Below are positions 1 to 9,656 of a DNA stretch of 64,000 nt, in pieces. The stretch is taken from the NCBI GenBank assembly GCA_965216565.1, contig OZ244170.1, forward strand, positions 3,904,001-3,968,000, in the 5' to 3' direction. The position numbers and the translations under genes were made by a program. The notes below the pieces were generated by a model that saw only the letters and a list, made by a program, of their open reading frames with translations, had not been told where the DNA came from and ran no database searches. Every line of letters begins with the position of its first letter. Positions within the stretch are counted from its first letter, which is position 1. This DNA is from Bythopirellula sp. (GTDB lineage: Bacteria; Planctomycetota; Planctomycetia; Pirellulales; Lacipirellulaceae).

Positions 1-1857
1 CGCGGAGCCACTGGCGCCGCCAAGAAAAAGCATCGTAAGCTGGTCGAAGACTTCATACAAACGGAGCTTGAGGCAAAACAAGTTGCTTGGGATGGGGCCT
101 TAGATGCGTGGCCGGAGGATTCCCTGCAGAAACTTCTTGATGGCGATGGAAAGAAGTTCCCCGGTCTGATTGCTCATTTGGAAATGGACTATGCCAACGC
201 CAAACGGGCATCAGTGCGGGAAAAGCTCGAAGAGTTTCGCTCGCAGGTGGTATGCGACGATTGCGGGGGCTCGCGATTACAAGCAGAGGCCAGATCGTGC
301 CGGCTGGGCGGTTTGGCGATTCACGAAATCACGGCGCTGCCAATCGAAGACTCACTTGAGTTTTTCACCCATCTCGAGGTCGCACCCGTTGCAGAGCCTA
401 TTGCCGAGCCGCTAGTAGGAGAAATTATCAAGCGCCTGAATTTTCTGCAGCAGGTGGGCGTGGAATATCTTTCGCTCGATCGGCCGGCCGATTCGCTAAG
501 TGGCGGAGAAATGCAGCGTGTGCGTTTGGCGACTGGCATCGGCTCAGGTTTGGTGGGGGTGCTGTATATTCTTGACGAACCTTCCATCGGCCTGCATCCC
601 CGCGACAACATGCGACTCTTGGAATCGCTGCGCGAATTGCAACAACAAGGCAACACGGTTCTTGTGGTGGAACACGACGAAGTAGTGATGCGCACCGCAG
701 ATTGGCTCATCGATATGGGGCCAGGCGCGGGCAAGCGAGGCGGCCACATCGTCGCCGAAGGAACTCCCGACGAAGTGGCGGCCGTGGAGGAATCAATTAC
801 CGGCAGCTATCTTTCGGGACGCATGGCTATCGAGGTGCCTGAAAAGAGACGCCGTACCGCTAAGTCGCGGATGCTTCGCCTGGAAGGTGCCTCGGTGAAC
901 AATTTGCGTGAGATAGAAGTCCAGATTCCCCTGGGGACCTTCACCTGCGTGACTGGTGTGAGCGGCTCGGGCAAGAGTTCGCTAGTCGTCGATACCCTGG
1001 CCAACGCACTGGCGAGGAAGCTCAATGGGGCAATGCGGAAGGCAGGTCCCTATCGTGCACTGCGAGGAGCGAGCAAACTCGATCGCTTGATCCACGTCGA
1101 CCAATCGCCCATTGGCCGCACGCCGCGTTCCAATCCGGCCACGTACACGGGCATTTTTGACGAGATCCGCCGAGTGTTTGCGGGCACTAAGCATGCGAAG
1201 CAATTGGGCTACAAGTTGGGCCGATTCAGTTTCAACACCAAAGGGGGTCGGTGTGAAGAATGCCAGGGCCAAGGCGTGCAGCGAATCGAGATGCGATTCC
1301 TACCCGACCTGTTCGTGAAATGCCCGATCTGCCACGGTCGTCAATTCAATCGGCAGACGCTGGCCGTCCGTTATCGAGAGAAGTCGATTGCTGATGTCTT
1401 GGCGATGAACATCGACCAGGCCGCCGACTTTTTCGAAAACCACTCGGCAATTCATCGCATGTTGGAGAGCCTAGTGAACGTCGGCTTGGGTTATCTGAGC
1501 CTAGGCCAACGCTCGACCACGCTTTCGGGCGGTGAAGCGCAGCGGATCAAATTGGCCGCGGAACTGGGCCGTGCGGCGCCCGGACATACTCTTTACATTC
1601 TTGACGAACCAACCACAGGCCTGCATGTCGACGACATTGGTCGACTTTTAGCCGTGCTGCAACAACTGGTCGATCTAGGCAATACGGTGTTAGTGATCGA
1701 GCACAACCTGGACGTCATCAAGACAGCCGATTGGCTAATTGATATGGGACCCGAAGGGGGTGCCGCAGGTGGCCAGATCGTCGTGGCGGGTACGCCCGAA
1801 GAAGTCGCCGCTTGCGATGAGAGCCACACCGGGCAATGGCTGCGAGACGTTTTGTGA
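1..1857 (+). CDS. uvrA: Excinuclease ABC subunit A (5'-truncated by the window edge)
   Basis: Frame is open from base 1. Motifs: zinc ligands CDDCGG and CEEC..CPIC, two LSGGE signatures, Walker A GVSGSGKSS, Walker B ILDEP, and the UvrA-typical IGRTPRSNPATYTG. Confidence 0.97.
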   Translation, partial: RGATGAAKKKHRKLVEDFIQTELEAKQVAWDGALDAWPEDSLQKLLDGDGKKFPGLIAHLEMDYANAKRASVREKLEEFRSQVVCDDCGGSRLQAEARSCRLGGLAIHEITALPIEDSLEFFTHLEVAPVAEPIAEPLVGEIIKRLNFLQQVGVEYLSLDRPADSLSGGEMQRVRLATGIGSGLVGVLYILDEPSIGLHPRDNMRLLESLRELQQQGNTVLVVEHDEVVMRTADWLIDMGPGAGKRGGHIVAEGTPDEVAAVEESITGSYLSGRMAIEVPEKRRRTAKSRMLRLEGASVNNLREIEVQIPLGTFTCVTGVSGSGKSSLVVDTLANALARKLNGAMRKAGPYRALRGASKLDRLIHVDQSPIGRTPRSNPATYTGIFDEIRRVFAGTKHAKQLGYKLGRFSFNTKGGRCEECQGQGVQRIEMRFLPDLFVKCPICHGRQFNRQTLAVRYREKSIADVLAMNIDQAADFFENHSAIHRMLESLVNVGLGYLSLGQRSTTLSGGEAQRIKLAAELGRAAPGHTLYILDEPTTGLHVDDIGRLLAVLQQLVDLGNTVLVIEHNLDVIKTADWLIDMGPEGGAAGGQIVVAGTPEEVAACDESHTGQWLRDVL

Positions 1858-2009
1858 GCGGAAGCGATTTCCGAAAAAGCGGCAGCACTCAGTAGTTTCC
1901 GAGCTCAAAGTGCGCATTTGAGGAAATTGGTTTCTTCAACGTTCTCCCTGTCGGTATCCTAAGGGGATACGTGTCGCAGGGCACATGATCGCAATTGGGG
2001 AGACAAGTT

Positions 2010-3062
2010 ATGCGAGCAAATTTGCAGCTAAGGGGTACTGAAAATTGCCCTGACGGTGTTTCGGGTCGTTCTCTGATCGAAATACTCGTAGTGATCAGCT
2101 TGATGGCTGGCATGTTATTCGGTTTTTTCTTTCCGCTCTTGAAGAAAGTGCGCGAAGAAACCCGCCGTCACCGATGTGCGCATAACTTGAAGGAGATCGG
2201 TTGGGCGGATCTCCGGCATGAAATGATGAGCGGCCATCTGGTCCCAGCGCGACTTGGGCCCGACAGTACAGCTTCCCTCGAAGTGCGACACCTCCGCACA
2301 CCTATTGAGCGATCAGGTGCGAGCGGCTTCGTGCTAATGCTCCCCTACTACCGAAAAATTCCCAGACCGACGAGAAGGGAATTAGTAGAGAAATTAGATG
2401 TGTTTGACAACAATGGAATCTGGCCTCCGGGAATCTTTGGAGTGGTGAATTGGCGGACAGCAGAGCGAATAGAAGCGATCGGTACGCGACCAAGAATCTT
2501 TGTATGCCCTGCTGCCAAAGATGAACCCAGAACGACACTCCAGCAATTCCAGCATTTTGATCCGTTACCTGCTACCGGCAACTATGCATTCGTGGCTGGT
2601 CATCGCGGGGTCTTTAGTCTGAACCCTGTCAACGCCTGTCTTGCTAAACATCACAATTCAGGACCGCACCTCTACTGGACGACCTACGCCCTCAAAGATA
2701 TCGAAGACGGAGCCAGCAATACGATCTCTGTAGGTGAGGTCTATGGCAGCCATACGGCCGAGAGCTCGAATATCTGGACATACACTCTCCGCTATTTAGA
2801 TTGTTTTCGCGTGACAGACGTAAGACTCAATACTCCTCCTGGAATTGCTGGCAAGAGAGTTGGAACAATGCCAGCCTTGGTCAATGGTGCCTTCGCTAGT
2901 CGTCATCCTAGAGGTGCCAATTTCGTCTACGTCGATGGACATGTAGAGTTCATGAATGAAACCATCGACTTTGATCTCTACCAAAATCTATCGACTATTG
3001 CTGGTACCCCCCAGGAACGTGACGCCATCGACCAAGCGTTTTGCAATGAAAATCGCTTCTAA
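2010..3062 (+). CDS. DUF1559 family prepilin-like protein (H-X9-DG C-terminus) with a divergent N-terminus
   Basis: GRSLIEILVVI...REETRRHRCAHNLKEIG resembles the GFTLVELLVVI...REAARR..C.NNLKQIG consensus. It also has DGASNTISVGE and FASRHPRGANFVYVDGHVEF. ATG 2010 follows GGGGAG. Confidence 0.9.
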   Translation: MRANLQLRGTENCPDGVSGRSLIEILVVISLMAGMLFGFFFPLLKKVREETRRHRCAHNLKEIGWADLRHEMMSGHLVPARLGPDSTASLEVRHLRTPIERSGASGFVLMLPYYRKIPRPTRRELVEKLDVFDNNGIWPPGIFGVVNWRTAERIEAIGTRPRIFVCPAAKDEPRTTLQQFQHFDPLPATGNYAFVAGHRGVFSLNPVNACLAKHHNSGPHLYWTTYALKDIEDGASNTISVGEVYGSHTAESSNIWTYTLRYLDCFRVTDVRLNTPPGIAGKRVGTMPALVNGAFASRHPRGANFVYVDGHVEFMNETIDFDLYQNLSTIAGTPQERDAIDQAFCNENRF

Positions 3063-3123
3063 TAACTGCGGACTTGGTACAATCCCAATTCTACGACTCT
3101 AGTCACGACGAGTTGGGGTTGGC

Positions 3124-4494
3124 ATGCACAAGATGATTGGCGAAGCCCCTGGTCCGCCGGCAGGTTGGCTGGCGATGCGATCGGCGCGGGAATTCGCTCG
3201 CGATCCGCTGGAGTTCTCGCAGCGGATGGTTCAGGAATATGGGCCGTTAGTAGCACTGAGGTTTGGCCCCGTTCGGGCTTTCATTGTTGCCGACCCCGAA
3301 GCGGTGCACGATGTGCTCGTCACCAAGAGCAAGCACTATCGCAAAGAACGGCGCACCAAAAGTGCTGTGAACAAGATGGCTGGCAACGGCATCATCGCCA
3401 GTGAAGGCCCCTTCTGGCTTAGGCAACGGCGAATGATGCAGCAGGGATTCACGCCCCAACGTATGGAAGGCTATGCGAACGTAGTCGTCGACTGCGCCAA
3501 CGAAATGCTAGGGCACTGGCCTGGGGAAGGGACACTTGAAGTTGCTCGCGAGATGTCGAGCCTGTCGCTCAAATTCATCTGCCAAGCGATGTTTCAATTC
3601 GAGATCTCTGGCGTGCAGGCCTACGATTGGGCCGATGCTGCTGAGGTGCTTTCCGAATCGGTTGTACAGGAATTGGGGGCGATGATCCCGATTCCCGATT
3701 GGCTGCCAATTCCCACAAAACGCCGTAAGCAGCATGCTCGATTCGTGCTAGAAGATGCCATGCGATCGATCATCCGAGAGCGACGCCAAGCGGGAGTCGA
3801 CAAAGGCGATATGCTCTCCGCTTTGATCGCAGCCGAGGATGTGGAAGGTGACGGCACTAAGATGAACGATCAGCAAATCCTCGACGAATGTCTCACATTG
3901 TTGCATGCCGGCTACGACAGCACTGCCGCGGGGATGACCTGGTGCTGGTATTTGCTTGCCCAGCATCCAGAGATTCAACAGCAGGCTGTTGATGAAGCTC
4001 GCCAGGTTCTGCAGAACGAGCGGGCCACCTATGCTGACTTCGACCAGCTGGTTTTCATTCAGCAAGTGATCCAAGAGACGATGCGACTCTACCCGCCGGC
4101 TTGGATGTTGATGCTTCGCGAGGCGACACAAGAGACCGAGCTCATCGGATGTCGGGTGCCGCGTGGGAGTTGGATTTACTTGGTGCCTTGGGTGACGCAT
4201 CGCAGTGAACGCTGGTTCAACGATCCGTTGCGTTTCGATCCGGAACGATTTTCTAAGCAACGGCTGGGCGAATTTCCCCGGAATGCCTACTATCCGTTTG
4301 GTAAGGGTGGCCATTTTTGCATTGGTGAAAAATTGGCCATGACTGAGATGACCCTGGCCGTGGCCACCGTTTTACGAAAGTATCAGTTCTCGCTTCCTGC
4401 AGATCACTGTGAAGTCGAGATCGAACCGCATACGGCAATTCGACCCCGAGGTGGACTGCGGCTCGAGATTCGACGACGCGAAGAGGTGAGCTAG
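3124..4494 (+). CDS. Cytochrome P450
   Basis: I-helix HAGYDST, K-helix ETMR, DPERF and heme-ligand motif PFGKGGHFCIG. Confidence 0.95.
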   Translation: MHKMIGEAPGPPAGWLAMRSAREFARDPLEFSQRMVQEYGPLVALRFGPVRAFIVADPEAVHDVLVTKSKHYRKERRTKSAVNKMAGNGIIASEGPFWLRQRRMMQQGFTPQRMEGYANVVVDCANEMLGHWPGEGTLEVAREMSSLSLKFICQAMFQFEISGVQAYDWADAAEVLSESVVQELGAMIPIPDWLPIPTKRRKQHARFVLEDAMRSIIRERRQAGVDKGDMLSALIAAEDVEGDGTKMNDQQILDECLTLLHAGYDSTAAGMTWCWYLLAQHPEIQQQAVDEARQVLQNERATYADFDQLVFIQQVIQETMRLYPPAWMLMLREATQETELIGCRVPRGSWIYLVPWVTHRSERWFNDPLRFDPERFSKQRLGEFPRNAYYPFGKGGHFCIGEKLAMTEMTLAVATVLRKYQFSLPADHCEVEIEPHTAIRPRGGLRLEIRRREEVS

Positions 4495-4627
4495 ACGAGA
4501 ACAGCGTTTACCGAGCGCACAAAAATACCCGACTGGCCAACTAAGTTGACCAGCCGGGCTATGGAATCGCCCCCTACGCGCACTGTTGCTAAAATCCCGG
4601 GTGACAGTACTAGTAGTGCGAGACGGC

Positions 4628-7600
4628 TTAGGCGAACTCCGCTTCCATGGCAGCGTCGACAGAACCTTCCCAGTTGAAGTCGGAGTCTTCGTCTGAAGCA
4701 TCCTCTGGGGGATCGCCGTCGCTGATTCCTTCTTGATACTCTGACACTTCCCAACCGAAGTCGTCGAAGAATTCTTCGATTTCCTGCTCGACTACTACCG
4801 TATCGCAGGTGGTATGCACCCAATCGGCATCAAGCCAACCGTGGTAACAGGCATACCATTTCTTCAAGTATCCATCCGAATTGTACCGGGTGTACAACCG
4901 ATCGTAGGTATCGATCGAGAACGATGCCATGTTGCCAAACTGGGCACCTTCCCAATCGCCGCCCTGCAGTGGAATGTGGTCGTTCACTGTCGAAGCTACG
5001 ATGCGGAAGCTCATCGTGCGATGCCAACGGCCATTCTGGCGGTAAGTATCGACCGAGATGTCCTTCACCCACCCACTGCTATTGTCCTTAGACGTTGCAA
5101 TTCGGTCGGCGTCCGACGTGCTCGAATTGCCATCGCTATCGCGGTACGACTGGCCGTTGTAGCGGCCGTTGTAACCGTAGACAGTTAGCACAGGACCATC
5201 GTGCCGACCATAGACGTCGGCATCGAAGTAGAACATGGCGTACTTGTCTTCTTGCCCAGCAGGCCATTCGCCAGGTGTGACAACAAAGGTGAACCCGTCT
5301 GTCAATCGACCGCGGTGCTCTTTGAACTCGATCGATACGAAGAACTCATCGGCAGCCTCGTTGTATTCGAGGTCGACCGATTTGATCTTTCCGGCCTTCT
5401 TCTTCTGGTGCTTACTGTAGAAGTCTTCTACCTTGTAGACCATTTCCTCGGTCTGCACCGTCGCCAGGATACCGGCATCGATATCTCGGCGATGCTCACC
5501 ATCACCCAAGGCGAACAAATCCGTGCGACCGGTGCCAACATTGGCATCGCTGTCGCGATTGTCGTCACCTGCATCCATCGTGGTGAACTGAACACCGTCA
5601 GGTGTCTCAAATTCGACGATGTAGTTACCAGCCTGCAGGTTATAGAACAGATAGAAGCCGGCATTGCCATTCGCATCGAAGCCGGTGACTGTCGAAGCAA
5701 TCAGAATGCTATCTTCATTGAGCAAGTTGACCACCACGCCGTTCACGCCGAGGTCACCAGAGTTCTGCATGCCATTGCCATCTTTGTCGATGAAGAAGTA
5801 ATTGCCGACACTGGCAAGTACATCGACGATGGGGTCGACAGGCCAAATATCACCTTTGGCATTGCCACCGAAATTGGTGGTGAAATCGCCAGTGAAATCA
5901 GAACTTTCACTCGTGACGAGGAACTTAAGATCTTGGCCACCGTATAGATGTGACAGCAGACCGCCTGTGACCGTCGTCCGGATCATGTAGTTGTCCGTGG
6001 TGCCACCGGAATCGGTCGAGGAGAATTCGAACACTTCGCCGGTAAGCAGTACGCCGGAGAAATCGACTACAAAGTCGCCATCGACGTCGACGTCGCCCAA
6101 CAGCACAAAGTCGTCGCCACCGATTCCGGAAACGAACGAACCGGTATCATCGACGACGAAGCTCAGCAAGACATCGCCATTAAAGAAGAGACCGGCAGGA
6201 TTGACCTCAGCTCCGATCGAAAGCGGGGTGGCCTGCAGATCGAAGATGTCGGTTGTGGCATCGTAGGAAACCGTTCCCCCGGAGTTGAACGAAATGTGGG
6301 GAGCATCTTCACCGCCGCCTGGGTCGTCCGGATTCTCGTAGTGCGACATGTCCATGTCTTCCGCACCCGGTACCGTGACAACAGCGGTGTTTTTGTAGAA
6401 GTCGTCGCTGATCTTCTCAGCTGTAAACAGCCAGTCGGAGGCAGCCAAGTGATGCTGCAGCCAAGCCGGGTCGTTCTCGGGTGCGTGGTTGAGCCAGCCC
6501 CAGCCAGAAATTCCGTCGAAGCCGCGGTGGCCAGAATCGTCGTCGGTGTCACCAAGTTGGAAGGAGAACGAATGCGAACCGGCGTAATCCACGAGATCAT
6601 AACTGGCCAAATCGCCAAACAACTTGGTGATGCTACCGGTATTGAGGCCGGCCAGGGCATCGTCGACTTGCAAATCGTCGTCGCCCGCTGCCAGTGCAGC
6701 GCCGTCATAGGAGAATTCGATGTCCCAAAGTCCAGACTCGCCTGGCACGTAAGCGTTACTTTGAACGAGTCCGCCAAACACGGTGCCGGAAATCGTGATC
6801 ATGTCGCCATCGATCACCATCTGGACGTCAGCACCATCGGCTTGATCAAAACTAAACGTATGGATGTCGGTATCGTCCCATGTGGTGAGTCCATCGAGAC
6901 GCAAGCCGTACAGTGGTGGACCGGCATTGCCGTCGGGATGATTACCTAGCTGATAGGTGCCATCGGTAACGAGGTCCGACAGGCCAGTCTCCAGATCTAG
7001 AGCGACAGTCGCATACTCATACTGCCAAGTTTCGCCTGGCGACAGAATCAGGTCGCTTCCAACATCCGAAGCGGCCAGGAATACGATATCGCCGGAAGTG
7101 GTCGATACGTCGTCGCTATTGTCGCCGGGAGTACCGTTATCGTCGACAATCACCACGTCGTCGAAATCGAATGGCACGTCGCCCGTGTTAGTAACCTGGT
7201 AGGTAAACACCACGGAGTCGCCGGCATCGATTTGAACTGCCTCAGGCAACGTATCAGCATCGATTCCGTTCGTCAGCTTTTCGATATCGATGTCAGGGTT
7301 GGCAGCAATTGGGTCGATCGTGCCGACATCCCCCTTCGCATTACCCCCAAAATTAACCGAGAAATCCCCAGCAAAGTCAGAATTCTCGCTCGTGGTGGTG
7401 ATGCCCAGGTCTTTGCCCGCGTATTGGGCGGAGGTCAGTGCGTTGGTCGTGAGCAAACCACCTGTGATTTGGAATCGGTAATCGTATTGATCTGTCGTAC
7501 CGCCCGAATCCTCGGAGCCGAATTGGATGATTTCGCCGGTGAGCAAAACCCCGGACTCGTCGACCACAAAGTCACCATCGATGTCGACATCGCCGGAGAT

Positions 7601-7957
7601 CACCAGATCGTCACCAACCACGCCGCCAATTAGGGCGCCGGTGTCGTCCACCTGAATGTCGATATTTAGATCGCCGGAGAAAAACAGTCCCGAACCCGCT
7701 GACGAATCGATCGAAAGCGGAGTCGCGGCGACGGAGAAGGCATCGGTCCCGCTATCGTAGGCGACGGTTCCGCCAGAGTTGTAACCAATTACCGGATCGC
7801 CTAGTGGCTCCACACCAACGAGCGTTAGTACGCGGCGTTCTTCCAAGGATTCGTGACGTAGCGAGCGCCCCGAGATGCGGTTGTATTTCTTGGCTTCCGC
7901 CCGACGGCGACCTTTTTGAAGTCTTTGCGGACGCTTCCGGCATAAGTAACTAAACAT
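4628..7957 (-). CDS. Large acidic extracellular protein: planctomycete LEERR motif, duplicated ~165-aa domain, Ig-like domain with an insert, SdrD B-like domain
   Basis: N-terminal RSLRHESLEERRVL; IDIEKLTNG...TYQVTNTGDVP Ig-like unit; SVGNYFFIDKDGNGMQ...DSDAN..TGRT..DIDAGI SdrD-B-like unit; internal duplication of NSGGTV.YD...NFGGNAKGD. Confidence 0.85.
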   Translation of the reverse strand: MFSYLCRKRPQRLQKGRRRAEAKKYNRISGRSLRHESLEERRVLTLVGVEPLGDPVIGYNSGGTVAYDSGTDAFSVAATPLSIDSSAGSGLFFSGDLNIDIQVDDTGALIGGVVGDDLVISGDVDIDGDFVVDESGVLLTGEIIQFGSEDSGGTTDQYDYRFQITGGLLTTNALTSAQYAGKDLGITTTSENSDFAGDFSVNFGGNAKGDVGTIDPIAANPDIDIEKLTNGIDADTLPEAVQIDAGDSVVFTYQVTNTGDVPFDFDDVVIVDDNGTPGDNSDDVSTTSGDIVFLAASDVGSDLILSPGETWQYEYATVALDLETGLSDLVTDGTYQLGNHPDGNAGPPLYGLRLDGLTTWDDTDIHTFSFDQADGADVQMVIDGDMITISGTVFGGLVQSNAYVPGESGLWDIEFSYDGAALAAGDDDLQVDDALAGLNTGSITKLFGDLASYDLVDYAGSHSFSFQLGDTDDDSGHRGFDGISGWGWLNHAPENDPAWLQHHLAASDWLFTAEKISDDFYKNTAVVTVPGAEDMDMSHYENPDDPGGGEDAPHISFNSGGTVSYDATTDIFDLQATPLSIGAEVNPAGLFFNGDVLLSFVVDDTGSFVSGIGGDDFVLLGDVDVDGDFVVDFSGVLLTGEVFEFSSTDSGGTTDNYMIRTTVTGGLLSHLYGGQDLKFLVTSESSDFTGDFTTNFGGNAKGDIWPVDPIVDVLASVGNYFFIDKDGNGMQNSGDLGVNGVVVNLLNEDSILIASTVTGFDANGNAGFYLFYNLQAGNYIVEFETPDGVQFTTMDAGDDNRDSDANVGTGRTDLFALGDGEHRRDIDAGILATVQTEEMVYKVEDFYSKHQKKKAGKIKSVDLEYNEAADEFFVSIEFKEHRGRLTDGFTFVVTPGEWPAGQEDKYAMFYFDADVYGRHDGPVLTVYGYNGRYNGQSYRDSDGNSSTSDADRIATSKDNSSGWVKDISVDTYRQNGRWHRTMSFRIVASTVNDHIPLQGGDWEGAQFGNMASFSIDTYDRLYTRYNSDGYLKKWYACYHGWLDADWVHTTCDTVVVEQEIEEFFDDFGWEVSEYQEGISDGDPPEDASDEDSDFNWEGSVDAAMEAEFA

Positions 7958-8495
7958 AAGAGTGACTCCCCAAAACCAAATAATGAATCGATAAAGCTAG
8001 TGATCAGTCGAAACAGAGTTTGCCAGCATCGAAGGTATGAAAAACAATTGAAAAAGTAATTGACGACGGAAAGTATTCGATGCGCTATGCAGCCATATAC
8101 TAATTACGAATTACGACGAAGGCGCGGATATGGACGCCATCGTTCAACAAAAAACGAAAAAATATTCTGCAACTAGTTGAACGCATCTTGCGCAAGCGCG
8201 CAGTACACCACATCGGTGAACTACATTGCGGGAAGAGTGCATTCAGAGCAGCCTTGCGCCAGAAAACCGGAAACACATCAGTGTTGATTCCAGGTCTGCT
8301 CCCTCACCAAGCGTCGATAAATCCAACACGTGACGCTAGCCCGCAGAAGAAAGGCAAAGTCAGCGTGTTCAGTTCTCGACTGGCTTGCAAAAGCACAAAT
8401 AGAGGGTGTCCTAAGTCTCCCCAAAGTCAGCGATTCTTGCTGACTTTCCATCTTTCACCTGCGGCCGAACCAACGCTCGACCGGCCTAACTAAAG

Positions 8496-9302
8496 TTAGC
8501 TTCTTTCTTTTCTCGATAACAAAACAACCGATCCACCAAGCAGAGCCAGAATGACGGTTCCGGGCTCGGGAATACCAAAGTTGTTAACCGTGGCATTGTC
8601 GACCGAGAAGTTCTGAGAAAAATCAGCAGGGAGCGTTATGCCACCACCTGCAATACGGATCAAACCAAGATTCGCTGACGAGAATACAACTGGATCGGGA
8701 CCCAGTTCAGGATTCGGATTCTGTAGGGCGCCGCCAGTAATTTGGTAAAGCACATCGAGGGTGTCCGATCCAGTGGCATCCATGAGCACGCCAAGCACGG
8801 TGCCCGTGAGGAGCGATCCGCCTCCAGCCACACCATAATCGGCGCCGACGCTATCTGGGGCACCCGCATTGAATACTACTGAAACTGTACCACCATTAGT
8901 AACGGTTCCATCAGATTGGATTTCGACACCGCTAACTGAGAGGGACGCACTGAACGCGGAGCCAATGGTGCCACCGGAACCATAATGACGACCTGCGTTG
9001 GAGGGGCCAAATTCGCCGCCTAACTCAAGGTCGTTGGATGGGCTGGCGCTGACGGTGAATTGCAAAGTACCCGCATCAAAACTGCCGGTAACTCCTGCAG
9101 GGAAAGCAAAGTCAGACCAAGCGTCTTGTTCGGCTGTGCCCAAGATATCGAGAGGACCAGCAAATGTGCTGGCTACAGAAAAGCTAAGAATCGCCATCGC
9201 CAGGCCACAGCGCAGAGAGAGCCGTGCCCAGTCGGAAATCGTCGAAATCATTATTGCTCCCCAACAACGACCCGTTCCAAACAGGGCCGTTTGCCGAATC
9301 AT
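8496..9302 (-). CDS. PEP-CTERM sorting domain protein
   Basis: C-terminal IPEPGTVILALLGGSVVLLSRKERS and an N-terminal signal-peptide-like segment. The start codon is uncertain and may be downstream. Confidence 0.88.
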   Translation of the reverse strand: MIRQTALFGTGRCWGAIMISTISDWARLSLRCGLAMAILSFSVASTFAGPLDILGTAEQDAWSDFAFPAGVTGSFDAGTLQFTVSASPSNDLELGGEFGPSNAGRHYGSGGTIGSAFSASLSVSGVEIQSDGTVTNGGTVSVVFNAGAPDSVGADYGVAGGGSLLTGTVLGVLMDATGSDTLDVLYQITGGALQNPNPELGPDPVVFSSANLGLIRIAGGGITLPADFSQNFSVDNATVNNFGIPEPGTVILALLGGSVVLLSRKERS

Positions 9303-9656
9303 TCGCTATCGCGAAATTTCCCGGCGGCTAATTATCAGTAAGCCAACGAAGCTTGGGGTGAGGATGAGAATGGTGTCCTGCAGCCAGCTTGTTTTTCCAT
9401 GCCTACTCAAAGGTGTATGATCAATGAAAACAATCCAAACGCGTCACGGAGAGTCCGCGCCTGTGCTGGATAGATTAACGGGGCTCTCTGACCGCGTCAA
9501 AGATATTGAACGTTTTTATTTGGGTTCCTACCAAAATATGGTGGCCACCCACCACTGCGAATTCTTGTAAGCCGAGTTCTCGAAAGAGCTTAGCAGGATG
9601 GGAATCGGACCAGCAGCGACCACAAACTTTTTTTGCCCAGCGATTTGTAGCCAAGC

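Noticed and set aside
5201..6949. 248-aa and 217-aa plus-strand ORFs
   Set aside because: Antisense to the 1109-aa surface protein; Val/Ile/Arg-rich composition typical of reverse-frame shadows.
7958..8495. AT-rich 540-bp spacer with short ACGA repeats and a 101-aa ORF
   Set aside because: No regular repeat-spacer structure (not CRISPR), no correctly spaced sigma-54 motif found, and the ORF lacks coding features. It is probably a promoter region.
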